A stretch of 64,000 nucleotides of DNA from Paramecium tetraurelia (Eukaryota): contig CT868064.1 of assembly GCA_000165425.1 (NCBI GenBank), forward strand, positions 62,001 to 126,000. The letters are read 5' to 3'. Under the pieces are notes generated by a model. The model saw only the letters and a program-made list of their open reading frames with translations, did no database searches and was not told where the DNA came from. Positions within the stretch are counted from its first letter, which is position 1. Each line of letters starts with the position of its first letter. The translations under genes and the position numbers were made by a program. Positions 1 through 12,417 of the stretch are shown here, piece after piece.

Positions 1-3000
1 CGGGTTTAGTATCCAATTCCCTTCCTTATTGTTTGAAGACGGATTTGTAATTCATAAGCAACTTAACATAGTTCTTAGCAATTGCTATGGCTGGTTTTTT
101 TCTTGTGCTCTTACGATATTAACTAAACCAAACTCCTTAGACTTTAAACACAACAGTCTTACGGCCATCAATCCATAAGTGCTTCTCCACATATTCTTCT
201 ATCTTTTTCAATATTTCCATCTTTTCAATGAAATTCGAATGGATATCAAGATTCTGATTCAGGATTGTCAACTACCTTCTATACTTCTCATGTTAACTCT
301 CCTTCAAACCATGTCTAAGTTTGTTTTGATTCTCCTAAAATACTATGGTTCTTCTCCAATCAAGATTTCTTATCAACACTAGATGTCTTCTTAAGAAGCA
401 TTTTCTGAAAGTGAAACGATCATCTGTCCACAACTTTTAATGAGGATTGAGTTCATTCAGCATTTTCAGAAATTTGAGAGTCTTAAAGAAGAAAGCCTTT
501 TGCTTTTGTTGTATTTCTGGGTCAGTAGAATCCTTCAATTTAAATTTCATAGCCCAATTAGAAGGTCTGCCAGCCAAATATTTCCTTAAAGTTTCAATGG
601 ATTCCTTTTTCTTTTTTGATTTGGCATCTTCATCTTCCATAGTAGTGGATGCACTTAATTTAGATTTCGATTTCTTTTTTGATGACTCTGATTTCAATGC
701 ACTCCTTGGTGATGATTTCATACTTTTAGGGGAATTATTATTTTATTATTATTTCTCCTTTTACTTCTACTTGTTCACAATATAATCTTCCACATCAGAA
801 TCTGAACTAATTTCTTCGTATTAACATGTCTTCTATTCTGATAATAAACAACCATAAATCTTTTGAGTCGGATATCTTTTGATATCATCGTCTCCTTGGT
901 TTTCTGATGATTACTTTTCACTTGAGCCCATAAACTTCTCAATAGTACTCTTGATCAAATATTAATGTCTTTGCATTAAATTCTATATTTCGTAAGGTAT
1001 CTCTCCAAATATTGAACCTTCAATATACCTTAAAAAGAAATTAGACAACAAGATGATTAGAAAGAAAGCGAGCAAACTTATTGTTGGATTGTAATCAACG
1101 ATTCTGTCTCTCGAATAAGAAATCAAACCACTATTCGAAACTAAGGATAGATATGCCAATCCTTCAAGCACATCATTCCACACTCCAATTGTAGATTCCC
1201 CTAGTGGCAATGGTCTTTACATATCATTCAACAATTTCAACTTGTCTGTCTGCAATTCCACCACGTTCCAAATGAAAGCAATGAAAAAACATAATGGAAA
1301 TGTCGTACCAAATAACACCAACATTGAATATTAGAGAGTGATTTCCATATATTCATCTACAGTACCATATCTTTCAGGACTGATAACGTAGGACTCTTTG
1401 TACAAGAATTCATTTTCAATAAAATTATTTATTTTTTCGAAGGGATTTGTCTCTCTTGTAATGGTTTCTTTCTTTTGAGTATCTTATTTCTCAGAAACAT
1501 TTTGTTCATTAGCCTATTTCGAAGATGCTCTATCAGGAGATAGACTTGGTGACTTTTGGGAATTCAAATCATCATGTCTCACATCCTCATCATCCTCTCT
1601 GATCTCATCAATCTGAGAAGTGAGTTTCTTGTTTTTTTAGACTTCCACATTTTCTTCTTTTTTCTCCCTCAATTATCGCAGAAATACTATCACTTTTGGT
1701 TTGATGATTTCCCAAATGTTCAATGAAAATTGTATTAAGAATATGGTCGAGAAATGATATTAAGCATGCTTCAAACAATCATCATTTATACAATGCAAAC
1801 CTACTTTCTAAAATATAAAAGCATATTACTTTATGTCCAAACATGATTTCAACCACTGGTCCACAGAGTGCAAAAAAAGATAGGAAATACTTCTTAAAAA
1901 CAAAATTGGTCTCATATTCTGTAATTGTTTTGTGATTCTCATAATCAGTCAATGACCCTGCTGTCTTGTCAAAAAAAGGATCCAAAATCAGAATCACTAT
2001 TAAATTGACTAAAGCTGGGATGGTTACTGACAGTTAAGCAACACCATTGCCAATCAAATTTTCAATTTCCTTTGTAGTTTGTAATTTCTCAGAAAAATAA
2101 AATATACCAATTACAATACCAACATAGACTCCCAAAATACCTATTTAAATCAAAAGAGTCAATAGAATTCTCATAAACTTTTTGAGATCCGAATAATTCA
2201 AAGTATTCAAATTATCATTCTCAATTGATCTTTCATAATTACCCACAAAGTCAGATCTCTATTAAGCCTACTCTCCTGATCCTCCTTCGCCTTAACCATA
2301 TTGTGCTGCAAACACTTTCTCTCTCTGCTACCATAAGTCATATATCAAATTAGCCCATTAGATTTAAATCATACCAAATATGATTTGAGGCATTATGTAA
2401 TTATAATCATTTTGATTCCAAACCAACAATTGAATTATACTAATTATCAAACCTATAAACCCGATAGGTAACAGCATCATCGTATAATAACCCAAAAATG
2501 TAAAATACAAAGCAATTTTCTCTCCATAATACTCTCGAATTTATTAAGTTGGAATGAACCAGGGTTATTTATACTCAAATCGCCAAATGAAGGCCAAATT
2601 CTCTAACTTAGGAGTCACGTAACTGTAATCATTTAGGATGTATTTATTAGGCCCTCTCTTATCTTGGGCCTCATGATGCTTGAGTTCTCGATAGAAATAC
2701 GTATATTAAGTTTCCTTTAATATAATTTCATTGTCGTATTCCTCTTCAAATAATGGATCGAATAGTTATTTATTTGACTTGCCAAACAGTTCAAAATCGT
2801 CACTTAAACAAAATGCTGAAATAGCAAGATTTCTAGAGAACAGAATTGAGAAATTGATTTTTTCACCCAAGGCCAAGTTATTCAGCTTCATTCTCTCCAT
2901 AGTAGAAAACAATGAGATCCTCCCTGTCTCAGTGACTCGATACTTCTTCCATATGGAATTCATTTTGATCTGTTGACTGAATGCAATGTTTTTAGGAGTA

Positions 3001-4864
3001 ATGCTATAGGGAATGAAAGGCTCAAAAGGTTGGATCCCAATAATATCCCAAATTGTAAATAACTACCTATTCTGATAGTTGGTGACTTCCAATCCCTCTT
3101 ACAGCAATTCAAGGTAATTCATTGCTAGCATCTCTCTTTTTGATGCTTTGATCTATCTGCTGGTGACTTTCTTGTAACTTGGCAAGTGGAAGTAACTTTT
3201 AATTAGACTGTACTTATTTTAGATCACTCTCTGTTCTAAGACTATTTTATAAATTCCCTTGAGAACTCGATAGATATCGTTGGGTCTGCCATGCAATTGA
3301 ATTTCTTGTTCAATCTGTTCTTCGGAGACAAATTCTTCTAATTTTTTGATTTCTGACATCTTGAGATTCTCCAACATCTAATCATTTGGAAATCTTTATT
3401 TATATAGATGATAGGGCGTTCTATTAATAGTCAATGCTCGGTCATTATCAATCTTGAATGCTTCTCTGAATTATTTGATTGGTTATTTGAGATACATAAG
3501 ATATGAGTAATATGCAGACCACATGGCGTCGGTTGGTCCATCAAATTCAATAATGTCTTCGGATCCTTCTTTGGAGAATAATTGCTGATTCAATTGTGAC
3601 AGATTCAATTCTCTGGCTATTTTTTTGAAGTTGATTTCTTAGAGTAACTCTTAGATTTTTGGTTTTAAATAGAGAAAGTTTTCTGAGAGTTATTCATTAG
3701 CATACTCTTCTGGATCTCTCCATAATCTATTGTTCAATCTCAAAGGCCGTAGATTTTTGTCCACAGGTTCCAAGGAGAGCAGGTCTGAGAATTGCAAGTA
3801 CAATTATTTAGTAATTTAATGTGTTTAGGCTACTATTCCCAAATTCTGGTCGCATTGATATAGGACAACGAAGATGATTGCCCCATTTTTAGATAGAAAC
3901 TGTCTCAAATTGAATCCAGTTTTAGATAATTGAATCATTACTATATGTCTAATAAGAGTGGTGAAGTCCTGTGTGTCATTTTTAGTACGAATCCACTCCT
4001 TTTTTGCATTGTCATATTGAAAGTAATTTCCCTTGGCCATTTTATACTTCGTTTTGCTCTTATTCAATTTGTCATAATCCAGATTGAAGATTTCCTTGAT
4101 TGCCTATAATTTATTGCCCTTAACGGTTTATTTAATAGCTCTTAGTTTATTATCGATTTTCATAGCAGCCAGAGCAAGTTTATCACTTTCACCTCCTGCA
4201 CGCATTAAGCCTTAAGTCTTCTTCTTCTTTTTGGACTTCAATTTCTCTTCGTCATCCTCGCTGTCCTAAACTATTTCTTCGATTGGAGCCTCATCATCAT
4301 CAAAGACTTAGGCCAACATAAACAAACTAGCCTCAATGGCTTTGAGAAAGACTAAGTTATCAATGACTTCAAAGTCTGTTCCACTATTTTTGAGATTGAA
4401 ACTATTCATACATAAAGTGATGGCTTCCATGGGAGACATCTAAGACACATATTCTACTTCGGGGGAATCTGGATTTGGGAAACTAGATTTAAATCTATAA
4501 ACAACCTTAAAACCACATCGCCCATATGATAATCGAATTCATCTACATATTCAAAACTACTCTTCATTTTGGTTATTCTCCCTTTTTCAGTTGATCTATG
4601 ATCTAAATATTCTAGAAATTCCTCATCCTCCTTCTCATCCAATTATCGACCCATAATCAATTTCAGATACAAATAATAAACTTTCGATAACTTCTCTGTA
4701 TATCTCACTCGATACTTTTATTCCTTCTGAGGTTCTTGCTCCTCATTCTATTTTTGCACATTGAAAATAGTCTCTATGAATTGATCATTCATCTAACCAG
4801 AAATCCGTTTTGTTCCCAGCTAGTCCAAATCATTGCTCTTACTTAATGGCAATGGGCTGTTCAT
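1..4864 (-). CDS. Anoctamin/TMEM16 family Ca2+-activated channel/scramblase, large (>1600 aa), 3' end beyond window
   Basis: ATG at 4864 (MNSPLPLSK). Open under code 6 to position 1 after removing introns at 4483-4505 (23 nt) and 1808-1829 (22 nt). Anoctamin motifs IREYYGEKIALYFTFLGYY (~2490-2540), GTVDEYMEITLQY and IGVWNDVLEGLAYLSLVSNSGLI. Confidence 0.9.
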
Positions 4865-5544
4865 CCTTTTTATTAATTAAAATTATATATAATTTAAATT
4901 TCTATTCTCAAAATTGACAAAACTATAGTGATCTGCACGCTCTAAATCATACCCTCACTTCTGAATACTGATGAAATACCTAAAAATACTCATTTTTTAA
5001 TTAGATGGGTACTATTATAATTGGATTTCTTATTGTAAATTCAGAATGATAAGTATATGATTTGGATAATCAAATCAATAAATATTAAAAACGATAAAGT
5101 TACATCTATACAACAGAATCAAAGCAGAAGGGTATTTTATATGAACATTATATCACAAAACTAATTCATTAAAAAACGAAAGATTTATTTAATTTAACCA
5201 TTCCATTTCAATTGAATTTGAATTCAGATTATTCTCTACTTTACTCTTCTCTTCCATAATAATTATTATTATCTAATAATATTGATACTCAAAATTAGAA
5301 TGAAATTAAGTTACCTCAATAAAGATTATATTTTTATTCAAAGTTATGAGAAGTAATTCAGATAACCAAGCATTATTGTATATGGTAATCGAAAGGTAGG
5401 TATTTATATATCTATCCAAAATTGAACTTAAAATGTATATCAATATTTTATGTTAAATTGATTTCTAGTATAAATAATACGGAATGAATTATATATAATG
5501 ACAACTTCTGTGTGCTGTATTATTTAAATAATAAAGATATCGAA

Positions 5545-6249
5545 ATGATCAAGGAATATGATTATTTGTTTAAGCTAGTGATCGTTGGCAATTCAGGAGT
5601 TGGCAAATCTTCACTTCTGTTAAGATTTTCAGATGACACATTCAGCGATTCCTATTTAACTACAATCGGTGTAGATTTCAGATTTAAAACTCTCGAAATT
5701 GATGGAAAAAAAGTCAAATTGCAAATCTGGGATACTGCTGGTTAAGAGAGGTTTAGAACTATTACAAGTGCATATTACAAAGTATCCAATTATTTATAAA
5801 ATAAGGGAGCTGATGGTATTGTTTTAGTCTATGATGTGTCTTCCCTTGCCACATTTGAAGATATTGACAAATTTTGGATCAATGAAGTGGACTCATATGC
5901 TGAAAAAAATGTCGAATTATTATTGCTGGGAAATAAAAGTGACATTGAGGAAAAAGTGTAATTGCCCATCTCCTCTATTATAGAGTAACTACACAAAAGG
6001 CCTTAGACTATGCTGGAATAAGGAAAATGGCACACATGGAAGTGAGTGCCAAGACTGCTGATTAAGTGTCTAAAGCCTTCCTTTCTTTAGCTAGAAAATT
6101 GATAGCCAAAAAGGATTCTCAAGGATCAAAAGGATCAGGGTATCAATTATCTCATTATTGCAAGGCCTCAAAAAACTCAGCAAACACCTGGATAGAAAAT
6201 TGGATAGCAGAGTGAAGAAAATAAAAAAGAAAAAGAAGGATGCTGTTGA
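5545..6249 (+). CDS. RAB1: Rab1-like small GTPase
   Basis: [48 protein letters not shown] (Q encoded by TAA), GNKSD, EVSAK and a C-terminal CC prenylation motif before TGA. Three ~24-26 nt introns (the first at 5782-5805). Confidence 0.92.
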
Positions 6250-6302
6250 ATGTATGAATACGTTTGAAGTATTTACTTATTTTAATAATCCTTAATTGGA
6301 AC

Positions 6303-6698
6303 TCAAAATGTGTTTATAAGTCCAAGGTATTCTTCGTCTGTAATTCTCACTTGAGATGTACAAATCTCTAATTCATCAGCTATCATGGCTGCTAAAATAT
6401 GAGGGCAAAATTAGAACTCACGAGCGTTGAATTTCTCACAATTGCAGATGTAGTTATTGGCCTTGTAGACTTTAATAACTTTTAAATTCAATTCTTTGAT
6501 AATATAAATAGCTTTGTTTGCTTAGATTGGAATTTTGGTGATGGGAATTTTGTTCTCAATCAAGTAAAATGCCTCTTCATAGTGTTTGTGGAGATCAAAT
6601 AAATTTTTATGGGCTTCCAAAGATTTATCATCAATTTGCCCCTTGAATAGCCCAACCACTCTTGAAACTTATTATTATGTTACTTACAATAATTCCAT
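6303..6698 (-). CDS. SWIM zinc-finger protein, ZSWIM7/SWS1-like (131 aa)
   Basis: Intronless code-6 ORF MELLQVTQQQV...YICNCEKFNAREFQFCPHILAAMIADELEICTSQVRITDEEY. CxC-x-CxH SWIM motif; size and layout match ZSWIM7/Sws1. Confidence 0.75.
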
Positions 6699-6789
6699 TG
6701 AAATTAATATTATTATATCAATCCTTTTTTGTAAGGGTATTATTCTTGAAAATAAATATACATAATCAATATTATCATCTTCATTACTT

Positions 6790-8235
6790 TCACTCAGAGA
6801 TTTTCAAGATTCTTTCAGTTTTTTTTTTTCTAAATTCGCAAGTACTTTTGTTTAAAGGTCATTTATAACTATTAATATAAAGAATTCAATACTTTAATTA
6901 ATCAATTGATGATCCTTCTACATCTTTTAATAAGATTTTGTAAAAGTATCCAATTTAGTATTTATTTCTGATAAAGTAGAGTCTAATGAATTAATTTAAT
7001 ATTAAAATTAAGAATTATCTTCATTATATTATTCATTGTTAATTAGTGACTAATAATAAGTTGATAATTTTTACTGAATATGGAGTTTGTTTCTTTGTTA
7101 CTAGATTTTTCAAGATCACCAAAGAAAATAGAAATACATTAGCCAAAACACCAAAAAATTACATTGGATAATTCGTATAATATTATAAATAGGAATGAGT
7201 TAGAACATATTATAACAATTCTTCTTAATAAAGAGGTTTATTTTCTATCTCAATTCCTATATTATATAATGTATGAGTATAGTCTGAGCAAGAGAATTTA
7301 TTATCAAATGAGCATGATGGTTATTGTGATATTGAATTAATGGGATCGCTTGAATTACTATTATTTTAGATTTCATTTTGAAATTAATTATTTAATATTT
7401 CTTTACTAATATGTTGAGTATGGTCATGATGATTATCATGATCGTGATTTAAATGCCCATTACTTGCATATTCATTTGCATGAGGGTCAATCAAAGTATT
7501 TTCTTAATCTTATTAAATTTCTGCTTATATTTAATCATCATTTTAACCATTATTATTTATTTCATTTTATTATTCTAATTCTCGAATTTCTGGATTTTGA
7601 TCATAATTCTCTTCCCTCAATTATTCTGGAATGATTTAAATATCTTCATTAACTTCTGAATCTAAATTTTGATTAGATATTTATTCTGACTATTAATTTA
7701 ATAATTCATCTAAATTCACAATTATTTCTTCATTTTGCTACGATTACTCCTATTCCTATTATTGGATATCATCTTAATTTTGAATATTTTCATTATTTTC
7801 AACTATTGGTACATTCTCTTAAACTTATAATTATTCAACATTTTCTTATATAATTTCAGCAGTATATATATTATCTTCTATTACAAAATATTCTGGATCT
7901 TTGCTTTTTGGTTATTCTTAATATTGTGGAATCTCATCTTAAACTTGGATTTACTCATCAGTTTATTAAATTGTTGCTTGGTCACTTTATTATGAATTGA
8001 TCTAATCTACTTAAATAGTGATGTCTTATTATTATGTTTCAAGCTATTCAGATTATTTCACTTCTTCTTAATCTTATATTTATTCTTCAATTGATTCAAA
8101 ATCATTTTAAGCATTTGCATCATTAAATTATTCAATTTAATCTCTCTTATATTAATCCCCCTTGAAGTGTTGTTTGATGATTAACCTACTTTGAGAGACT
8201 ATAAACATTAATACTACAAGTTGAAATAACTTCAT
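6790..8235 (-). CDS. Type I membrane protein: signal peptide, acidic Q/E/N-rich ectodomain with His patch, one TM helix, cytosolic coiled coil (481 aa)
   Basis: Intronless 1446-nt code-6 ORF starting MKLFQLVVLMFIVSQS. Contains HLNHDHDNHHDHTQH and the TM segment FFGVLANVFLFSLVIL. Confidence 0.75.
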
Positions 8236-8707
8236 AAAAATTGCTCGTAACACAATGGTTTATAATCTTTATTAGTAATATGAATTGTTAATTTTATAAT
8301 GTATGTAAAAATATCATTTTTTATTTTTTATGTTTGAGCACACTTATTTTACCATCTATCAAACAATATTGATCCTTCTACTACTCTTAACCTTGGTCAA
8401 GGTATTGAGTTTGGAAGGTTTCTCAATTCTTCCTACTTGTAATGTATTTATGAGAATGATAATTATTTTTATAAAGAACTCTAGTGTTTAAGTTTATCAT
8501 ATAACTAAAGGCTATTGTAAGATCATTGTGATTACTGTAGTTATTAGTACGATAGATCATATTAGATGGCTAGGATTAATATTAAAAAATATATAACTGA
8601 TCATCATATTGCGTTTGAAAAAATAATGGTTCGTATTAATAAGGGTTTGATAAGTGATTCTGAGTTTGAAGCAATTGTAATAATAAAAACATCTTAGGAA
8701 CTTCAAC

Positions 8708-9263
8708 ATGTATAGATACATCTCAGAACTTGGATTTAGAACACCAGCAATCATTAATTCTCTCAAAATATTCATTAGAGATTTCAAAGATGTGCCATCT
8801 GTCTCAGTAACCAGATTAAATTCCGAACAAATCTACTCTGCTCTTGAGATCCATTCTCTACCCTGGCAGCCATCAAGTGACTCTTCAAAGCTTGTCAAAG
8901 AATTCAAATTCAACTCATTCAAGGAAACTTTTGCATTCATGGGATCAATTTCCACAATCGCCGATGAAATGCATCGTAATATTTTAAAATCTATAATTAT
9001 TAGATTATCCAAAGTGGACATAAAAAGAAAACGTAGTTACTGTAGAGATAACAACACCTGAGTGTTCCGGAGTTTCTGTAAAAGACATTCTTTTGGCTTA
9101 CTCAATGGAATAATTGGCAAATGAAGTCTCATCTACCTAAATTGCAACTGTATGCGACGGGCCAAAGGTTATTGACACTTAAATACTACAAAATTGGAAT
9201 TCAAACTTCTCTAAGACTGAGGAAATGCTCCAAAGTTTTTAGAAGACTACAGCTCAACTTTGA
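8708..9263 (+). CDS. Pterin-4a-carbinolamine dehydratase (PCD)-fold protein, catalytic motif degenerate (copy 1)
   Basis: LVKEFKFNSFKETFAFMGSISTIADEMHHYPKW...VTVEITTPECSGVSVKDILLA after splicing one 28-nt intron (8976-9003). N-terminal extension. Confidence 0.85.
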
Positions 9264-9673
9264 TTTTATACCCAATATATAATAATTTCTTTAGATTATT
9301 TACATAATTAATATAAGATACAATAGAAATTATTATAAAATTATATAATTATAATAATTTTTCAGTTTTTTCAACAACATAATTAACGCAACATAATATA
9401 ATTGTTATCTTTCGCAACGTGTTAAATCTGAACAGTATAAGTGAGAAGGTCTAGTTTAATACAAATGGACAGTGTATTTAGAGAAATGATTCCTTAAAAC
9501 TGAAAATTGATTTTTCTCTTAAAATGAGATTAATGGAGGGTAAGATGAATGTTGTTCAATTTAATTATAAATTGAAATTAAGAGATATTAAGATGACAAA
9601 TTATTAATTTAATTACATACTTAAAATTGATTTAAATACTTTAAAGAAAATCGTTTTAGTATTATTAAAATCT

Positions 9674-10248
9674 ATGTACAGAAAGTTGACCTCTAATAGC
9701 AATCAAGCAATTGCCAATGTCTTAGGATTAAAGTTTTTGCTAAGAGACTATTCTGAGATTGCTTAGAAGCAATTCACAAAATTAAGTCAAGATGAGGTCA
9801 ACTAACTTTTGATCATCTAAGAGTTAGATGAGAATTGGAATTTGGTATTTAATTAAAATTGATGATAGAATGTAAATAGCTTGAGTAGAAAGTACTAGTT
9901 CTTGAAGTTTCAGGACTCGTTTAGTTTCATGAGCCAAATATCATAGATAGCCGATTAGATGAAACGTATTAATTATTAAAAAATTTAGATTATCCAAAAT
10001 GGTTCAATAAGAACGGACTTGTTTAAATGGATCTGATGAGTCCAGAGGCACAAGGAGTAACTTTTAAGGATGTTATTCTTGCTCACTCAGCTGAACACAT
10101 CGCTTAAGTGATCATGAGTTAGCCAAAGACTTCAATATTCGACAACTGTGACATTCACCTGGAGAATCTTATATCCTCCTGGAACAACAATTATTAGAGA
10201 ATTCAAGGACTCAACCATGTCTTTGAAAGATCTGTAAATTACATTTGA
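9674..10248 (+). CDS. PCD-fold protein, catalytic motif degenerate (copy 2, tandem paralog)
   Basis: LSRKYQFLKFQDSFSFMSQISQIADQMKHYPKW...MDLMSPEAQGVTFKDVILA. Introns at 9845-9868 and within the H|YP codon, the latter at the same position as in copy 1. Confidence 0.85.
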
Positions 10249-10723
10249 TTAAATATAATGATAATTTCTTAAAAATTCATTATCAATTCAGTTTCCTCTG
10301 AAGAAGATATCGGAAGAACTACATAATATAAATCATCTCAATCAGATTTATGATTAGATTATGATGATATATATATTGGTGGTGTTTCTAGAAGATGAAA
10401 TGTTTGTAAAAATAAATTGGTTCATTTTTTTCGAAAATAATTAAAGCAATTAAATGCTAAAGGGCAATAATAATATATTTAAAATATTAAGTTATTGAGT
10501 GTTTATGCTTGTGTTGGATACATTTGCTATCTGATAAACCATTTACTTGTAAAGTAGATGCCTTAAGATTTGATAATTAAGTAAATTATGAGTGCAATCT
10601 CTTTTGTATGAGTATTTGATAAGCTGTGGTAATGGGATTATAGGAAAATCAAAGGAAATTTGTTGGATTTTGTAGATAAGATGTGTGGAAGCAACTTTCG
10701 ATTATTATTAGATTTAATATTTA

Positions 10724-12366
10724 ATGAAATAAGCTACGATTTTCTTGTCTGCAGCTTGTCCTTCAACAGATGTGCACTTGGCACGTGTGATGTCAACCAT
10801 TAAGGTAGCCAAACCAGATACTGAATTCCGTTTTGTTGGAATCGGAGGTCCTTAAATGGGTCATGAGGGATTAGAAACGATTGGAGTAGATTATCATGAA
10901 TTCCAATACAAACCATTCTTCCCCTTCAGAAATTTCTATAGATTGGCGTACACTCTATTGCTAAGTTAGTACTGAGAATGCAATGCATCCAGTCCATATG
11001 TACAAGAGATGGATCAATAAAAAAGCTTTTGAATAAACTTGATAAGTAATACTTCGAAATCGTTTAACATTACCAACCATCAGCATTCTTGAATTTCGAA
11101 AATGAATTCTTCATGATTCAATTCTACAAGAAATTAAGAGACTCCTATCGTCACTTCAATCGCATTTGTCCTCCTACATTCCAATATGGTTTGACCCATA
11201 AAGATTAACCTCAATATGGTTAAAAGTACGTAGATCATTGGTTCACCAGAACCCCATTGAGACAAGTACAATATCATTAATATCTAATCAAAGAGCAATT
11301 GGGAGAAATTCACGTTCCCTCACACATAAGTTGGACCAGATGGACTTTATAGAGCATTCAGACATCTCCTGTCCAACAGTCCTCAATACAAGGATTTAGT
11401 CACAAATGATACCATCTATCTCCCAGGAGGTGAATTCTTCAGATTTGATGACTTCCTTGCCGATAGAGTCAATGAATAAAGAAAGAAATATAGATAATAA
11501 TAAAACATTGGAGATCAGGAATTACTCATTTTTGTTGCAGGTGGTAATACATCCAAAGAAATACCATTCTGTCTCAAAACTGTAGCTGAGGGTATCTCAA
11601 GATTCCTCAAACTTGATGAAATGAAGAACTATCCAGCTGATCAAATCAAAATCATAGTGTCAGTCCCAGAGTTTGTTGAACACAAAGACAAAACCATCAA
11701 AGCAATCAATTCCTTAAAATGGCCTGCCAAAGTTATCCAAGTCGAAACTGAATCTGAAAAATTCTCAGCCCTTGCTGCCTCTGATATCGGTTTAGCTTGT
11801 AATGGTTAAATTGTTGCTGAATGTGCTGCATTCCAATTACCAACTGTAAACATTATATCACTATGCATATTAGATCATCCTTGATCCCAAACCCACTATC
11901 TAAATGTATTACACATCCCTCTACAATGGTATTGACAACGACCTCAATATCGCTTACAATGGAATCGTCTATCCGTAATTATCATCTATATTATAATTAG
12001 AGAATTGGTCATGTCCACAATCCCAAATAAAATTGCTTACTCTTTATTAGAACACTATCAAGATCCAAAACTCAGATATTTCTATGCTAAACAATATGCT
12101 CCCATCTTACAAAAGACCTTAGCCAAAAGCCAATCTTCAGTCCCAACAGAAATAGTATCTCATTCATCAAATATTTCTAGGCAAATAGATTCAATAGTGT
12201 CTAATTAACTGGCTACAGCTCGGCCTATCAAGTCATTGCCGATACAGTCTTGAAAGCAGCTCAAGTCTATGAACACATTCATCAATAAAGTAATTTTACT
12301 ACTTAGTAAAATGAAAACTTAAGAATTGAAGCTTTGTAAGGTTTGGGATGGGCTAAAGGATTATGA
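10724..12366 (+). CDS. Lipid-A-disaccharide synthase (LpxB, GT19)-like protein, degenerate
   Basis: MKQATIFLSAACPSTDVHLARVMSTIK...FRFVGIGGPQM, LLIFVAGGNTSKEI and ALAASDIGLACNGQIVAECAAFQLPT align to LpxB motifs. Five tiny introns; ends GWAKGL-TGA. Confidence 0.82.
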
Positions 12367-12417
12367 AAAATATATAGTCACATTTATAAATCAAAACAAT
12401 ACAATATAAAATATAGT

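Noticed and set aside
179..785. Plus-strand ORFs 179-382 and 447-785, and similar shadow ORFs elsewhere in the track
   Set aside because: They are antisense or off-frame shadows of real code-6 genes (here anoctamin) and carry no motifs.
4484..4497. Palindrome TAGATTTAAATCTA inside an anoctamin intron
   Set aside because: It is AT-rich and plausible by chance, with no other support.
10724..12366. LpxB-like gene as bacterial contamination or recent horizontal transfer
   Set aside because: It has five tiny GT-AG introns and TAA/TAG-Gln codons, so it is a native ciliate gene.
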